Virus record (IMG/VR): IMGVR_UViG_3300029290_000005
Coordinates: 1-38,989 of that record
Direction: 5' to 3' (one strand)
Length of the DNA: 38,989 bases
From: a virus
Lineage: Duplodnaviria > Caudoviricetes
In this document: positions 1 through 9,082 of the stretch, piece by piece
Layout: each line of letters opens with the position of its first letter
Position numbering within the stretch: the stretch's first letter is position 1
Notes under the pieces: model-generated
Databases searched by the model: none
Seen by the model: the letters and a program-made list of their open reading frames with translations, nothing else
What the model was told of the DNA's origin: nothing
Translations under genes and position numbers: made by a program

Positions 1-381
1 ATGCAAACCATATTTTTTGACCATTTAACAAACAGCTCTAGAGGTAAACTTTATATTCCTGATGGGATTGGGCCATTCCCTTCTGTAATTATCTTAAAAC
101 AATGCGAAAGAAAAATAGACGAGTCTTCTCTAGACTATTATGCAAGTAAGATGAATGAGATTGGCTTTTTAGCTTTTACTTTTATTGTACCCTCCGAAAA
201 ACGAATAGAAATTCTATATTCCCATCTTAATTCAGCGATTGACTATTTAGCTAATAGGTCGGATGTCGATACAAAAAAAATTTTTTTATTAATGGCTGAA
301 CGTGAAAAAACTATAGAAATCGATATGAAGTTATTTGATGATCGTATTCAAGCGATGGCTTCCTTAAATTGGCTAACTTAA
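1..381 (+). pseudogene. Degenerate/truncated alpha/beta-hydrolase (dienelactone hydrolase/S9-like N-terminal half)
   Basis: GKLYIPDGIGPFPSVII...AIDYLANRSDVDTKKIFLL matches the N-terminal half of the fold. The expected GxSxG is replaced by MAEREK and the ORF ends at 126 aa. Confidence 0.5.
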
Positions 382-613
382 CAAACATACTTTAAGAATC
401 ACAATCTACTACCTTTAAATTACTTGAAATTAGAATCTATTCCTTGCTATCCCAATCCCAGTATTACTACTTTGTCCTTTTAAGAATATTTTACATATTC
501 ATACACTCATTGACTAATAGTTAAACAATCGAGAGTTTTGTAGTAACTCTCCTATCTAGATATTTAATCAAATTAATTATAATACTCTACTTAATAATAT
601 ATGGTTTTTATTT

Positions 614-1132
614 ATGTTTTCTATAGAATTAAAGAGAAAGCAAATTTTCTGGCAGACTGAACAACAGAGATTCGAGAAAGAATATATTTTTAACTCTCAT
701 TTTGAGTATTTGGCTTTTGATTTAGATCGTGGAAGTTATATTTTGAAATATTTCATAGATAAAGAATCAAAACAAGATGCCTTAGATGCATTCCACCGCG
801 TTAACACTAGTTGGACGATGTGGAAAAAAGCTATTCAATTTAAACAGGAAGATCTAAGCAAAATTGAAGAGATACCTGAAGGCTATGTTGTCATTTCAAA
901 GGAACAAGCAAAAGATTCTGAACGTTTAGAGTTTTTATTGAATAACCCCACATTAGAAGCTTCACTTATTAATCGTGAATCATGTGTTGGAATAATGAGT
1001 AGATTCTTCTTAGTCTTTGAAATGTTTAATAAATTTATGAATAAAAAAAATTCTAAACTAGGCACTAGAACATTACGAGATGCTATCGATAAAGCTATGT
1101 ATGAGCAAAAGGGCTATAAGGATGTAGATTAA
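614..1132 (+). CDS. Hypothetical phage-type protein, convergent with the endolysin
   Basis: 172-aa AT-rich ORF. Segments IPEGYVV, KDSERLEFL and TLRDAIDKAM resemble small phage hypothetical proteins. Confidence 0.6.
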   Translation: MFSIELKRKQIFWQTEQQRFEKEYIFNSHFEYLAFDLDRGSYILKYFIDKESKQDALDAFHRVNTSWTMWKKAIQFKQEDLSKIEEIPEGYVVISKEQAKDSERLEFLLNNPTLEASLINRESCVGIMSRFFLVFEMFNKFMNKKNSKLGTRTLRDAIDKAMYEQKGYKDVD

Positions 1133-1146
1133 ATGATTACTCAAAT

Positions 1147-1168
1147 AAGGCGCTAACCAGCGCCTTTA
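1147..1168. terminator. Probable bidirectional intrinsic terminator
   Basis: AAGGCGCT-aacc-AGCGCCTT hairpin between convergent genes. Confidence 0.7.
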
Positions 1169-1200
1169 TAATTGAATATACTTATAACCTCAAAAGCTTT

Positions 1201-1746
1201 CTATAAAAAAATCCTATTAGCGATCCAACCGTAAAAGAATTGCTCTTGGCTTGGATTGCGCTCACAGATTTCAATATAGCGTTGCCCCTGCATAATATTA
1301 AGAACCCGAACTAGCACCTTCTCTCCTTCTTTCCCACGTTTGGCCAAATAGTTTTTTAGAGCATTAAGGGTAGCTGGGCCATAAATTCCATCTACCGTAA
1401 GATCTGGCCAACCACCTTTGCCTTGATTATTCAGCAAATTCAAAGCACGTTGTAAAAGGGTTTTTGCAAAACCGGTACCGCAGTTCACACCAGTATCTAA
1501 AAGCTCTTCAGCAATTGCAGAAGAAACTGAATTCACTTGGTCAAATCGTGGATCTGTCCAGTACTGTTTCTTATAAATTGCTTTGGCCACATCAAGCGGT
1601 AAATCTTTCATGTTGCCCTTGAAACCATTTGTACGTGCAACTGCTTCAGTAATACCGTATTTTGTTGCCCCTCCCCGATCGGCAGGATTATTTACATAAC
1701 CCCCTTCGCGTTTAATTAATTCATCAAGATATTGTTCTATGTTCAT
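1201..1746 (-). CDS. Endolysin, glycoside hydrolase family 108 with C-terminal peptidoglycan-binding domain
   Basis: EGGYVNNPADRGGATKYGIT catalytic motif; VDGIYGPATL; FFYGWIANR C-terminus; last gene of the late operon. Confidence 0.95.
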   Translation of the reverse strand: MNIEQYLDELIKREGGYVNNPADRGGATKYGITEAVARTNGFKGNMKDLPLDVAKAIYKKQYWTDPRFDQVNSVSSAIAEELLDTGVNCGTGFAKTLLQRALNLLNNQGKGGWPDLTVDGIYGPATLNALKNYLAKRGKEGEKVLVRVLNIMQGQRYIEICERNPSQEQFFYGWIANRIFL

Positions 1747-1766
1747 TTCAGTTTCCTTTTGGTAAT

Positions 1767-1789
1767 AAAAAACCGCCTTTCGGCGGTTT
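1767..1789 (-). terminator. Intrinsic terminator upstream of the endolysin RBS
   Basis: Minus strand AAAACCGCC-GAAA-GGCGGTTTTTT. Confidence 0.75.
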
Positions 1790-1816
1790 TATAAAAGTAT
1801 TTAATAAACTAAATTT

Positions 1817-2347
1817 TCACTTAGCTGGTGGTTTAGGATTTGCGATAGCAGGTCCATTCACATGGTTAAAGTTTCCCGTTTTAGGATCCATCTTTGCTGA
1901 CTCTATAATTAGGGTCTCCGTTAGCTTAAATATCTGCTCATCTGTTAAAGAGTTATTAATAGAAAGCTGGCAAATATAAAATAATCCAGATTCCAAAAAT
2001 GCAGTTCGTTCAGTAGTTGTGGTTAACAATGCAAGAGCCTCAGACATCTTATCTTGGTAGTGAATTAGCTCTTGGGGTGATGTAGTAGATGGAATAGCTG
2101 CAGCAAATTTTACGATAGCATCTGAAATTTTAACCTCAGATTCTTTACTTAAAGCTTTTGCAGTTAAGGCTTTTTGCATACATACATCGCCTCTTGAGTT
2201 TTCTACAGCAGCAGTTAAATCAGAATTCCAAACTGAAAGCCCACCTCCATTATTGAAAGCAATTGATGAACGCTTGAAAGTAGCTGGATCAATAAAAGAA
2301 CACCCATTTAATAAAATTAAAATTGAAAATATTATTGAATGTTTCAT
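1817..2347 (-). CDS. Predicted lipoprotein cargo gene between holin and endolysin
   Basis: MKHSIIFSILILLNG-C: basic N-terminus, hydrophobic core, lipobox-like Cys16. Flanked by terminators and an AT-rich spacer. Confidence 0.75.
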   Translation of the reverse strand: MKHSIIFSILILLNGCSFIDPATFKRSSIAFNNGGGLSVWNSDLTAAVENSRGDVCMQKALTAKALSKESEVKISDAIVKFAAAIPSTTSPQELIHYQDKMSEALALLTTTTERTAFLESGLFYICQLSINNSLTDEQIFKLTETLIIESAKMDPKTGNFNHVNGPAIANPKPPAK

Positions 2348-2478
2348 TTTGAAATCTCATTTTGAGTTATTGTTCTTTTAATAAACTCCTTACAGTACTT
2401 ATCGTCAATTGAAATCTGATCATTATTTAGTCTTTTTTTCTATGATTTAGAATAACTTAAAAATGATTATTAATTATT

Positions 2479-2499
2479 AAAAAAACCGCCCAAAGGCGG
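2479..2499 (-). terminator. Intrinsic terminator after the holin
   Basis: Minus strand CCGCC-TTTG-GGCGG-TTTTTTT. Confidence 0.7.
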
Positions 2500-2501
2500 C
2501 A

Positions 2502-2891
2502 TTAACTGTTCTCAATGTCTTTTCTGGCTTTCTTAACTTCTTTGATTACCTCAATAATCGTCTTTCCTTCCTGTTTGTTGATAAAGTTAAAAGTCCATCG
2601 GACCAAAGCCCAGCCGGGAATACCACAAATAAAAAAGAACCCTCCAAGGGCCATCATCCCCCAAATATCTGTAACCCATGCATGAAGCCCCCACTTCACA
2701 ATGATGAATGAACCACCCGCCAAACTTGAAACAACCGTACAGATAAGGCCTACTGCCCACTCTTGAGGTGAGCGTGGCATACGTGTCATCAATACTACTG
2801 CTGCGACTAAAGCAACAGCTAAAGTCACCATAATTGCTGCACCATAAAATTTTAAAAGTGCTGTTAAACCGCTAGTAGAAACTGGTTCCAT
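2502..2891 (-). CDS. Putative holin (3 predicted TM segments, charged C-terminus)
   Basis: Start re-called at ATG 2891 (MEPVSTSG) with GGAG RBS. Three hydrophobic stretches, KEVKKARK tail, located upstream of the endolysin. Confidence 0.75.
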   Translation of the reverse strand: MEPVSTSGLTALLKFYGAAIMVTLAVALVAAVVLMTRMPRSPQEWAVGLICTVVSSLAGGSFIIVKWGLHAWVTDIWGMMALGGFFFICGIPGWALVRWTFNFINKQEGKTIIEVIKEVKKARKDIENS

Positions 2892-2966
2892 TGATATCTC
2901 CAGAAATAAAAAAATCGCCCGAAAGCGATAGTGGTTCGTTGTCCAATCCATCATTGGAGGGGCAAT

Positions 2967-2989
2967 AAAAAAGCACCCGATCGGGTGCT
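2967..2989 (-). terminator. Terminator after the tail tip gene (a second hairpin lies at about 2909-2930)
   Basis: AGCACCC-GATC-GGGTGCTTTTTT; second hairpin ATCGC-TTTCGG-GCGATTTTTTT. Confidence 0.7.
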
Positions 2990-3005
2990 AAGAAAATCAT
3001 TTAAA

Positions 3006-5495
3006 TTAAGCTTCAGAAGTACTTTGAGTAATCTGATTAGAATAATTCCAGTCGGTATTTTTCCATACATCACGTGCAGCAACACGGATGTAATAAGGCG
3101 TTGTTGCTTGAAGGTTTTTAATCGTTTTCGTAAGCTCTGTACCGGTCCAAGTTGGATTTGTGGTGGTAGGGTCAAAGTTCGGGGTACTGCTGAGCCAGAC
3201 AGCATAATCTTTCAAGTCCGGCACTTCACTAGGTATCCAGCTGACAGTTATAGAATCATTTGTTGCTGATGTATAAATATTGGTAAGTAATGGCGGCACC
3301 GGATTAGTAATACTTAGTTCAGCAAAAGAACTAATCTGTTCGCCGTTTTTACTGGCCACCCGAATTGTGTATGAACGACCAATACCATCTTGCATAGCCT
3401 CTTCAATTGAATAGCTAAAATCTGTATTAGTAGTATCTACCTCGCGTATTTTCACGGCATCAGACCATACTTGAACGCGATAACCAGTAGCACCAGTTGT
3501 CACCTGCCACTGCACCTTGAAAGATGTACCAACAAAAGCTGACTGCAAAGATAGGCCTTTTACACTAGTGGTGCGACCACCGGTTAAAGTATAGCTATAG
3601 GCGGTAACCTCATCTAATGTTTGCTCTTTACGCTCAAGACCATTAAAGCTAGTGAACTTTAAGAAGATCTGTTTACCCACTAGATTTTCATTGTATGGGT
3701 ATTCAAAGATAGCCCGATCAAGGCGTACAAATGGCTCACCAGCGTTATGAAACTGAGCATCATCAAAACGCCCACGTAGCACATCACTTAAGGTATAAAG
3801 ACCAGATCCGTTTAACGTGGCCACTTGATAATTAAAATACTCATCCCCCACTTTACAAAGTGTTTGATCGGCTTGAGCATCTTGTAAGGTGCCGCTGAAG
3901 ATACGACTTGCTGTATTTAGTTCGACTTGTAAAGCGGTGTCATCAGCATCAATGGTTGTCACCAATTGGCCGTATCGTGCGGACCCATAAACAGTACCTA
4001 TCATTTCATAGGTTGTATTATCAAGGCTGGTCCACACGTTACACCCCCCCCAATTAATGCCACCTGAAACAGCCACCCATACTTTATTCTTCCCATCAGT
4101 TAGATCTAGCGGAGGCTCAAATATAGCAGGTGCATTTACATTACCTGGTTCCTCATTACCGCCCTGATATCCATTAGATGCTTGTGAATCATATTCAATG
4201 GCAGATCTTGAACCTAAAGCAAGCTCTTCAGCTGTGATTGTTAATTTACCGAACTCATCCTCTTCAATGCGTGTGATACGTACAGGAAATTGATTTAGAC
4301 CCAATGCTTCATCTGTAATGGTGACAATATCCATTGGCTCTAACCGGCAATACTTCCAGCCCAAGGTAAACTCATATTCATTACGCACATAAAGCAATCG
4401 TTGTAAGCGAAGCTGTGCAGCATGTCGGGCTATTTTAGGCTCACAGAAATAATGGCTTTCTACTGGATCCTCGGTACGTAGGCCAAACATCTCAATGTTG
4501 GCTTGATCCTTGGCCTCAGTGGTTTCTGTGTTGTACTGGTTGTAACGATTGATATATTCAATCTGCACATGATTATAAGCATCAGTATCGCGGCTACGGC
4601 GAACTCGCACTGGTTCATCATCACTAATAAAATCATCATCAGTTAAGTGATAAACCGGTGTGAGATCCGGTGTAAAAGTAACACCGTTTCCAGTAATAGC
4701 TGAATCGCCAAAAGAACGGATCTTTAAACCGTCTGGACTTGGTACCACAGCACAATTTACAGCTTCGACAATCTCATTGATTGTCTCATAGGCGGGTCGT
4801 TGTTCTGTGAATGCAGGGCTAATTAAGAGATTGGCTGCACGGCAATAAGTGCGGAACTCTTCTAAATCTGCCATGTTTAAATTGGGTGCAGCTCCATGGC
4901 GAGGATGTGTAATAAAGTCTTCAATCACATCTGCTGGATTAGCATCATCAATAGTTTCTGACAATGTAATAGTGCTGATCACCTCAAAGTTATGATTTGA
5001 TAAGCTGGCACTATTTCCCATCTCATAATTAGCACATGCTACATATCCCAAAAATGGATAGTTAATCGCTTGATCTGGATGCTTTGAGACTAACCAACCC
5101 CACGGCGGGTTATTGTTCCCATCGAATAATTCAAACTTTAGCTGGTCGATTGGATCTAGCGTAATAGATCCTTCCTGCTTTGTTATGTACTGCTCTTTAT
5201 CAACCCATATCAAACCAATCTTCTTAATTTGGTTCTCACATAATCCCAACATGAGCGAAGCACTATAACTAAAAGTAGTGTTACTAGTTTTAGTGCTTCC
5301 CCCTTTACCGCCTGATTTCTCAACCGTAGTATGAGGCGTAGCAAGAAAATCACCGTACCAAAACATGTTTGCAGCTACTCGGGTTTTGCCATATACCAAA
5401 GGCTGACAAAGCCCGTAAGCTGATTGCTGGATTCGCATTGAGTTAATACGGGTATCAGTAGTACTAATCGTGGTACCGCCAAATAATCCACCCAT
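3006..5495 (-). CDS. Tail tip / host-specificity protein (lambda J-like) with C-terminal FN3-like domains
   Basis: QPLVYGKTRVAANMFW, ANPADVIEDFIT, LEPMDIVTI, LRGRFD motifs. FN3-like SITVSW...NLQATTPYYIRVAARD; position after NlpC/P60 gene. Confidence 0.9.
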   Translation of the reverse strand: MGGLFGGTTISTTDTRINSMRIQQSAYGLCQPLVYGKTRVAANMFWYGDFLATPHTTVEKSGGKGGSTKTSNTTFSYSASLMLGLCENQIKKIGLIWVDKEQYITKQEGSITLDPIDQLKFELFDGNNNPPWGWLVSKHPDQAINYPFLGYVACANYEMGNSASLSNHNFEVISTITLSETIDDANPADVIEDFITHPRHGAAPNLNMADLEEFRTYCRAANLLISPAFTEQRPAYETINEIVEAVNCAVVPSPDGLKIRSFGDSAITGNGVTFTPDLTPVYHLTDDDFISDDEPVRVRRSRDTDAYNHVQIEYINRYNQYNTETTEAKDQANIEMFGLRTEDPVESHYFCEPKIARHAAQLRLQRLLYVRNEYEFTLGWKYCRLEPMDIVTITDEALGLNQFPVRITRIEEDEFGKLTITAEELALGSRSAIEYDSQASNGYQGGNEEPGNVNAPAIFEPPLDLTDGKNKVWVAVSGGINWGGCNVWTSLDNTTYEMIGTVYGSARYGQLVTTIDADDTALQVELNTASRIFSGTLQDAQADQTLCKVGDEYFNYQVATLNGSGLYTLSDVLRGRFDDAQFHNAGEPFVRLDRAIFEYPYNENLVGKQIFLKFTSFNGLERKEQTLDEVTAYSYTLTGGRTTSVKGLSLQSAFVGTSFKVQWQVTTGATGYRVQVWSDAVKIREVDTTNTDFSYSIEEAMQDGIGRSYTIRVASKNGEQISSFAELSITNPVPPLLTNIYTSATNDSITVSWIPSEVPDLKDYAVWLSSTPNFDPTTTNPTWTGTELTKTIKNLQATTPYYIRVAARDVWKNTDWNYSNQITQSTSEA

Positions 5496-5921
5496 TTATT
5501 TAAGCCTCTTCATACGAAAAAACCCGGCAATTCGCCGGGCTAAACTTCCTTTTGTACCATCTTGGATAATCACTCCCTGATGGAGATAACTGTGAATGAC
5601 CTGCGGCCAATCGATGACAATTGCACCATGACTAATGCACTTGCCAAATTGATATAAAACGATGTCACCTGGTTGTGGCGGTCCCTCTACTGGATCGCAT
5701 ACACCTAAAATAAGCTCTAAATAACGCTGCCCCATCTGGTGCAAGTGCCAATCTGGTGGATATGGCCGTGGATCTAGATAATCCATGAGACCTACTTTTT
5801 CGTATACCTCACAGATTAAAGTACCGCAATCTACCCCAACTCCCTTAACACGGCCTTGGTGGTGATATGGGGTATCAAGCCATGTAAGGGCCTCTTGTAC
5901 TGCTTGTTGTCCAGTACTCAT
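5496..5921 (-). CDS. NlpC/P60-family tail assembly protein (lambda K-like)
   Basis: WLDTPYHHQGRVKGVGVDC, QPGDIVLY, SHGAIV, VIHS give the Cys/His catalytic pattern. Confidence 0.92.
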   Translation of the reverse strand: MSTGQQAVQEALTWLDTPYHHQGRVKGVGVDCGTLICEVYEKVGLMDYLDPRPYPPDWHLHQMGQRYLELILGVCDPVEGPPQPGDIVLYQFGKCISHGAIVIDWPQVIHSYLHQGVIIQDGTKGSLARRIAGFFRMKRLK

Positions 5922-5932
5922 ATTTACTCCAT

Positions 5933-5961
5933 AAAAAAAGCCCCTTATTAATCGGGGCTTT
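5933..5961 (-). terminator. Terminator downstream of the tail fibre gene
   Basis: AAAGCCCC-gattaataa-GGGGCTTTTTTT. Confidence 0.7.
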
Positions 5962-8165
5962 TAATTTTTCAAAACTATTTGCGGGGGTGCAGGATATGCA
6001 TATGCATTTCTTGCAAACTCAGTGATAGATTTCACATCGGTATATCGATTGGTATCGGATGTGGACCCCGCCGTTACAGCAATACCGGTATAACCATTTT
6101 TGAGCCGGACAAATAACAGCATGTTATAAATTGATGGCGCAAGCGTGCCAGTCTTACCACCGATAGCCCAAGGCTCTCCATTAACAACAGGATCAACTGA
6201 GCTGTCAATAATAATGCTTCTAGGGTTATTACCTTGAATGCTAATTGTGTGATTTAACTGCCCCCAAATCGAAAGCATTGTTGCGTTCTTGCTGGCATAT
6301 ACGCCAAGCTTAAGTAAATCACTTACCGTTGAAGCATGACCGCTTGCGGCTAAACCAGATGGATTTTTAAAGGTTGTGCTGGTCATACCTAGATCAGCAG
6401 CTTTACTGTTCATTCTTGAAATGAATGTTGCAGTGTCACCGCCTAAAAATGCCCCAACACTTCGAGCGACCAGATTTGCCGAAGTATTACTTGAAGGAAG
6501 CATCATATTAAAAAGAGCATCAAACAAAGTGATTTGATCACCTTCAAGCAAATTATTTCCGCTGCCTGTTGCAATATCGCCAACTGCTACAGTTAATAAA
6601 GTATTTAAAGTCATGCCAGACTCTAAAGCCACAATGACAGACATTACTTTCGTAACTGAAGCTGGTGCTATAGAAGTGCTAATAGACTTTGAGAATAAAA
6701 GTCCTGAATAATTAGCATTTCCAGATAAATCAATTGGAACTAAACCAGCAGAGGTTGCAGTAATAACTGGTAAAGCTGGCAATGCTTCTACCAGTTTATT
6801 GTTTTCCTGAATTTTATCGTCAATCACAGTCTCATCAACGCCTTGCTTTAAAACATATTTAATCGGATCGATGATATGCCCCCATGCTTGGGCCGTTGAA
6901 ACAGAATGAGAATAAAGAAGGGTTGAATCAAATCCTGTAGTATCAACTGTAAAATCAAATGTAATGCTGGTATCTACAGTGGATTGCAAAGTGAATTGCA
7001 CAATGCCGGTATTTGGAATGATTTCATATTTAGAGGTTGCCGAAGATGTTAGGGCTTTAACAGTACCCCCTGCTTCAGCAAATCCAGCTTTTGAAATTTC
7101 TTGCAAAATCCAGCCAAATTTATTTGCTTCACTGGCTAGTGTGGAATTATTTCCAAAATACGAAATTCTGTAATAACAATCCGGATTAGCACCATTCACC
7201 TTGATATCAAGAATGTGTTTCTCTAATGCCTGAACTGTAGTATTCGCTGCAATCGCTGCGCGAGTCAGAGCGAGCATCGGGTAAAGCTTGTCACGATTAA
7301 GAGTTAAAGAATCTTTACTTGTAAAGGGAGCTAAAGCATCTTCAACACTAATTTTACGCCATGCGGCCACCCCTACTTTTTGCCAAACAATATCTGGCCG
7401 TGAGGTAGTGCTTAACTCCCAATAGGCATAAGAACCAAACTTGAAACGCTTTAAAATACCGAAAGTAGCAGGAAAGTCAGAAGGAAAATCTGTCATATTC
7501 GAAACTGAATACAAACCAACATCTGTCAAATTCGTTATTGCTAAATCAGAAACTACACCACGGTTTACTAATGAAACATTCAAGATGTCAGATTTTGCAG
7601 TATTTAATTCGGGTAAGCTTGCTTGCTGTACCCAAGTAGACCAACTCGTAATAAAAGTTCTTGAGAATAATTTTCCCGACAATGTCAGATATTCCTGTTG
7701 AATGGTGTTATTAACACCATGTTTAAATACTTTTAAACTGCCAGCCTCCTTAACTGGATAGTTACGCGACAAATCAGCAATTACACTATTTAATGCGGTA
7801 TATGTACCCGGAACATTAAATGTATCCAAGTTGTCAGATTCAGTTAAAACCTTAGATTTAAAAGTTGCACTTGAGTTAGCAAACTCTATCGCCCGATCTA
7901 AATCACTCATATCGGTAACTGTCCAATAATCACCGTCTGCTGACCCCTCAGGTTTATCCCAGCGCCAAATTTTTCCAGTATCTAAAGCCTTAGCATAGCT
8001 AGTATTCTCAACTGGTCGAGATGCTCTTAATAATGATGTTGAAGAAAAAGAAGGGCTTAGTGCTTCAATTGATTTCAGGAAATCAATTAAAAACCCCAAA
8101 TTGGTTTTAAATAAAGCTTCGGTAACACTAGGACCAATAAAGAAATCTTTGTTAGGAATAGCCAT
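5961..8165 (-). CDS. Tail fibre/spike-like protein with C-terminal peptidase S11 (D-Ala-D-Ala peptidase / PBP fold) domain
   Basis: Lies in the tail module with no signal peptide. Pyocin-knob-like segment (NLDTFNVPGTY...NYPVKEAGSLKV...SWSTW). SVTK (aa503), SSN (aa558), MNSKAADLGMTSTTFKNPSGL and KTG (aa671). Confidence 0.85.
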   Translation of the reverse strand: MAIPNKDFFIGPSVTEALFKTNLGFLIDFLKSIEALSPSFSSTSLLRASRPVENTSYAKALDTGKIWRWDKPEGSADGDYWTVTDMSDLDRAIEFANSSATFKSKVLTESDNLDTFNVPGTYTALNSVIADLSRNYPVKEAGSLKVFKHGVNNTIQQEYLTLSGKLFSRTFITSWSTWVQQASLPELNTAKSDILNVSLVNRGVVSDLAITNLTDVGLYSVSNMTDFPSDFPATFGILKRFKFGSYAYWELSTTSRPDIVWQKVGVAAWRKISVEDALAPFTSKDSLTLNRDKLYPMLALTRAAIAANTTVQALEKHILDIKVNGANPDCYYRISYFGNNSTLASEANKFGWILQEISKAGFAEAGGTVKALTSSATSKYEIIPNTGIVQFTLQSTVDTSITFDFTVDTTGFDSTLLYSHSVSTAQAWGHIIDPIKYVLKQGVDETVIDDKIQENNKLVEALPALPVITATSAGLVPIDLSGNANYSGLLFSKSISTSIAPASVTKVMSVIVALESGMTLNTLLTVAVGDIATGSGNNLLEGDQITLFDALFNMMLPSSNTSANLVARSVGAFLGGDTATFISRMNSKAADLGMTSTTFKNPSGLAASGHASTVSDLLKLGVYASKNATMLSIWGQLNHTISIQGNNPRSIIIDSSVDPVVNGEPWAIGGKTGTLAPSIYNMLLFVRLKNGYTGIAVTAGSTSDTNRYTDVKSITEFARNAYAYPAPPQIVLKN

Positions 8166-8176
8166 AATTTTTTCCC

Positions 8177-8207
8177 AAAAAAAAGCCCTGTTTTTAGACA
8201 GGGCTTT
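8177..8207 (-). terminator. Terminator-like hairpin immediately upstream of the tail fibre gene
   Basis: AAAGCCCTGT-ctaaaa-ACAGGGCTTTTTTT. Confidence 0.7.
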
Positions 8208-8224
8208 GGTTAAATATAAATGTA

Positions 8225-9082
8225 TTAGACGGATGTTTCAGGAATTGGTACAAACGGCGCTCCACGGAAGCGAGCACGGTTATTAAAACGATTAGTACAG
8301 GTATCAAGCCGTTTATCACAACCTGGATAAACTCGAACAGCTTCTCCCATTTCAGGCATTTCTAAAAGTGGCAAAGTTAAAAGCAATGAACCTGCTTCAT
8401 GTAAGCGTATGGTACGTTTAATACCGATATTTGCTCCCTCTAAAAACTCAATAACTCCTTGAGTAAACCATCCTTGTGGTTGACTCACTTCGCAAAGGAT
8501 ACGGCTAGGTGTGCTATTTGCTGCAATAGTTGTATTAACTGCAAAATCAGCACTTAATAAGCCACAAGCACTATCAAACAAGGTGTTTAAGCATCCTGGT
8601 GTATACAAGTTTCTTGGCATTTGAAGCTTTAGGTTATCAACATCTGAAACTACGCTGGCATTAATTACATAACGGTCTAGCTCTGGCTCAACTATACGTC
8701 CCTCAAATAGCACTAATGTGCCAGCACTCGTATCAGTTGGCGTGTACATATCCATAAATATGCGTTCTAATTTAAAACGTGCGCCGTCTAATATGCCGTT
8801 GTGAAAAGCCTGAGCTACGGGAACATCGCCGAATTTAGTGGTTTCATTTGTCTCAATAGTGATAGATAAATTATCTACCTCGATGCCTAAAGATAGGCTA
8901 GTTCCTTCCCGGCTAATGATCGGACCATCAGAACGGAATTCTTTGCCATCAACAACCAGACTATAATCATAACTTGTATAACGATACTCAATGCCCTGTA
9001 TGGTCGTTATGGTGTACAAATCGGCCATGATGAACTGATCAGCATCTAGCAAGGCAATAAGTTGAGGTGATGCTTGTCTCAT
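8225..9082 (-). CDS. Tail tip/hub protein (DUF2163 / BR0599-like, lambda L position)
   Basis: GCLNTLFDSACG and PGCDKRLDTCTNRFNNRARFRGAPFVP four-Cys signature. Confidence 0.88.
   Translation of the reverse strand: MRQASPQLIALLDADQFIMADLYTITTIQGIEYRYTSYDYSLVVDGKEFRSDGPIISREGTSLSLGIEVDNLSITIETNETTKFGDVPVAQAFHNGILDGARFKLERIFMDMYTPTDTSAGTLVLFEGRIVEPELDRYVINASVVSDVDNLKLQMPRNLYTPGCLNTLFDSACGLLSADFAVNTTIAANSTPSRILCEVSQPQGWFTQGVIEFLEGANIGIKRTIRLHEAGSLLLTLPLLEMPEMGEAVRVYPGCDKRLDTCTNRFNNRARFRGAPFVPIPETSV

Noticed and set aside
382-613. att core site
   Set aside because: No matching repeat was found in the window; the partner site would lie beyond the integrase start.
2892-2954. 21-aa N-terminal holin extension (dual-start antiholin)
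   Set aside because: No RBS at the upstream ATGs, and the extension crosses a terminator hairpin.
5961-6730. Calling the S11 domain a beta-lactamase resistance gene
   Set aside because: The motifs fit D,D-peptidases (SSN, NPSGL). No class A omega-loop ExxLN and no signal peptide are present, so resistance cannot be claimed.
3006-8165. Diversity-generating retroelement or invertible tail-fibre switch
   Set aside because: No reverse transcriptase or invertase gene, and no template/variable repeat or flanking inverted repeats seen by eye.
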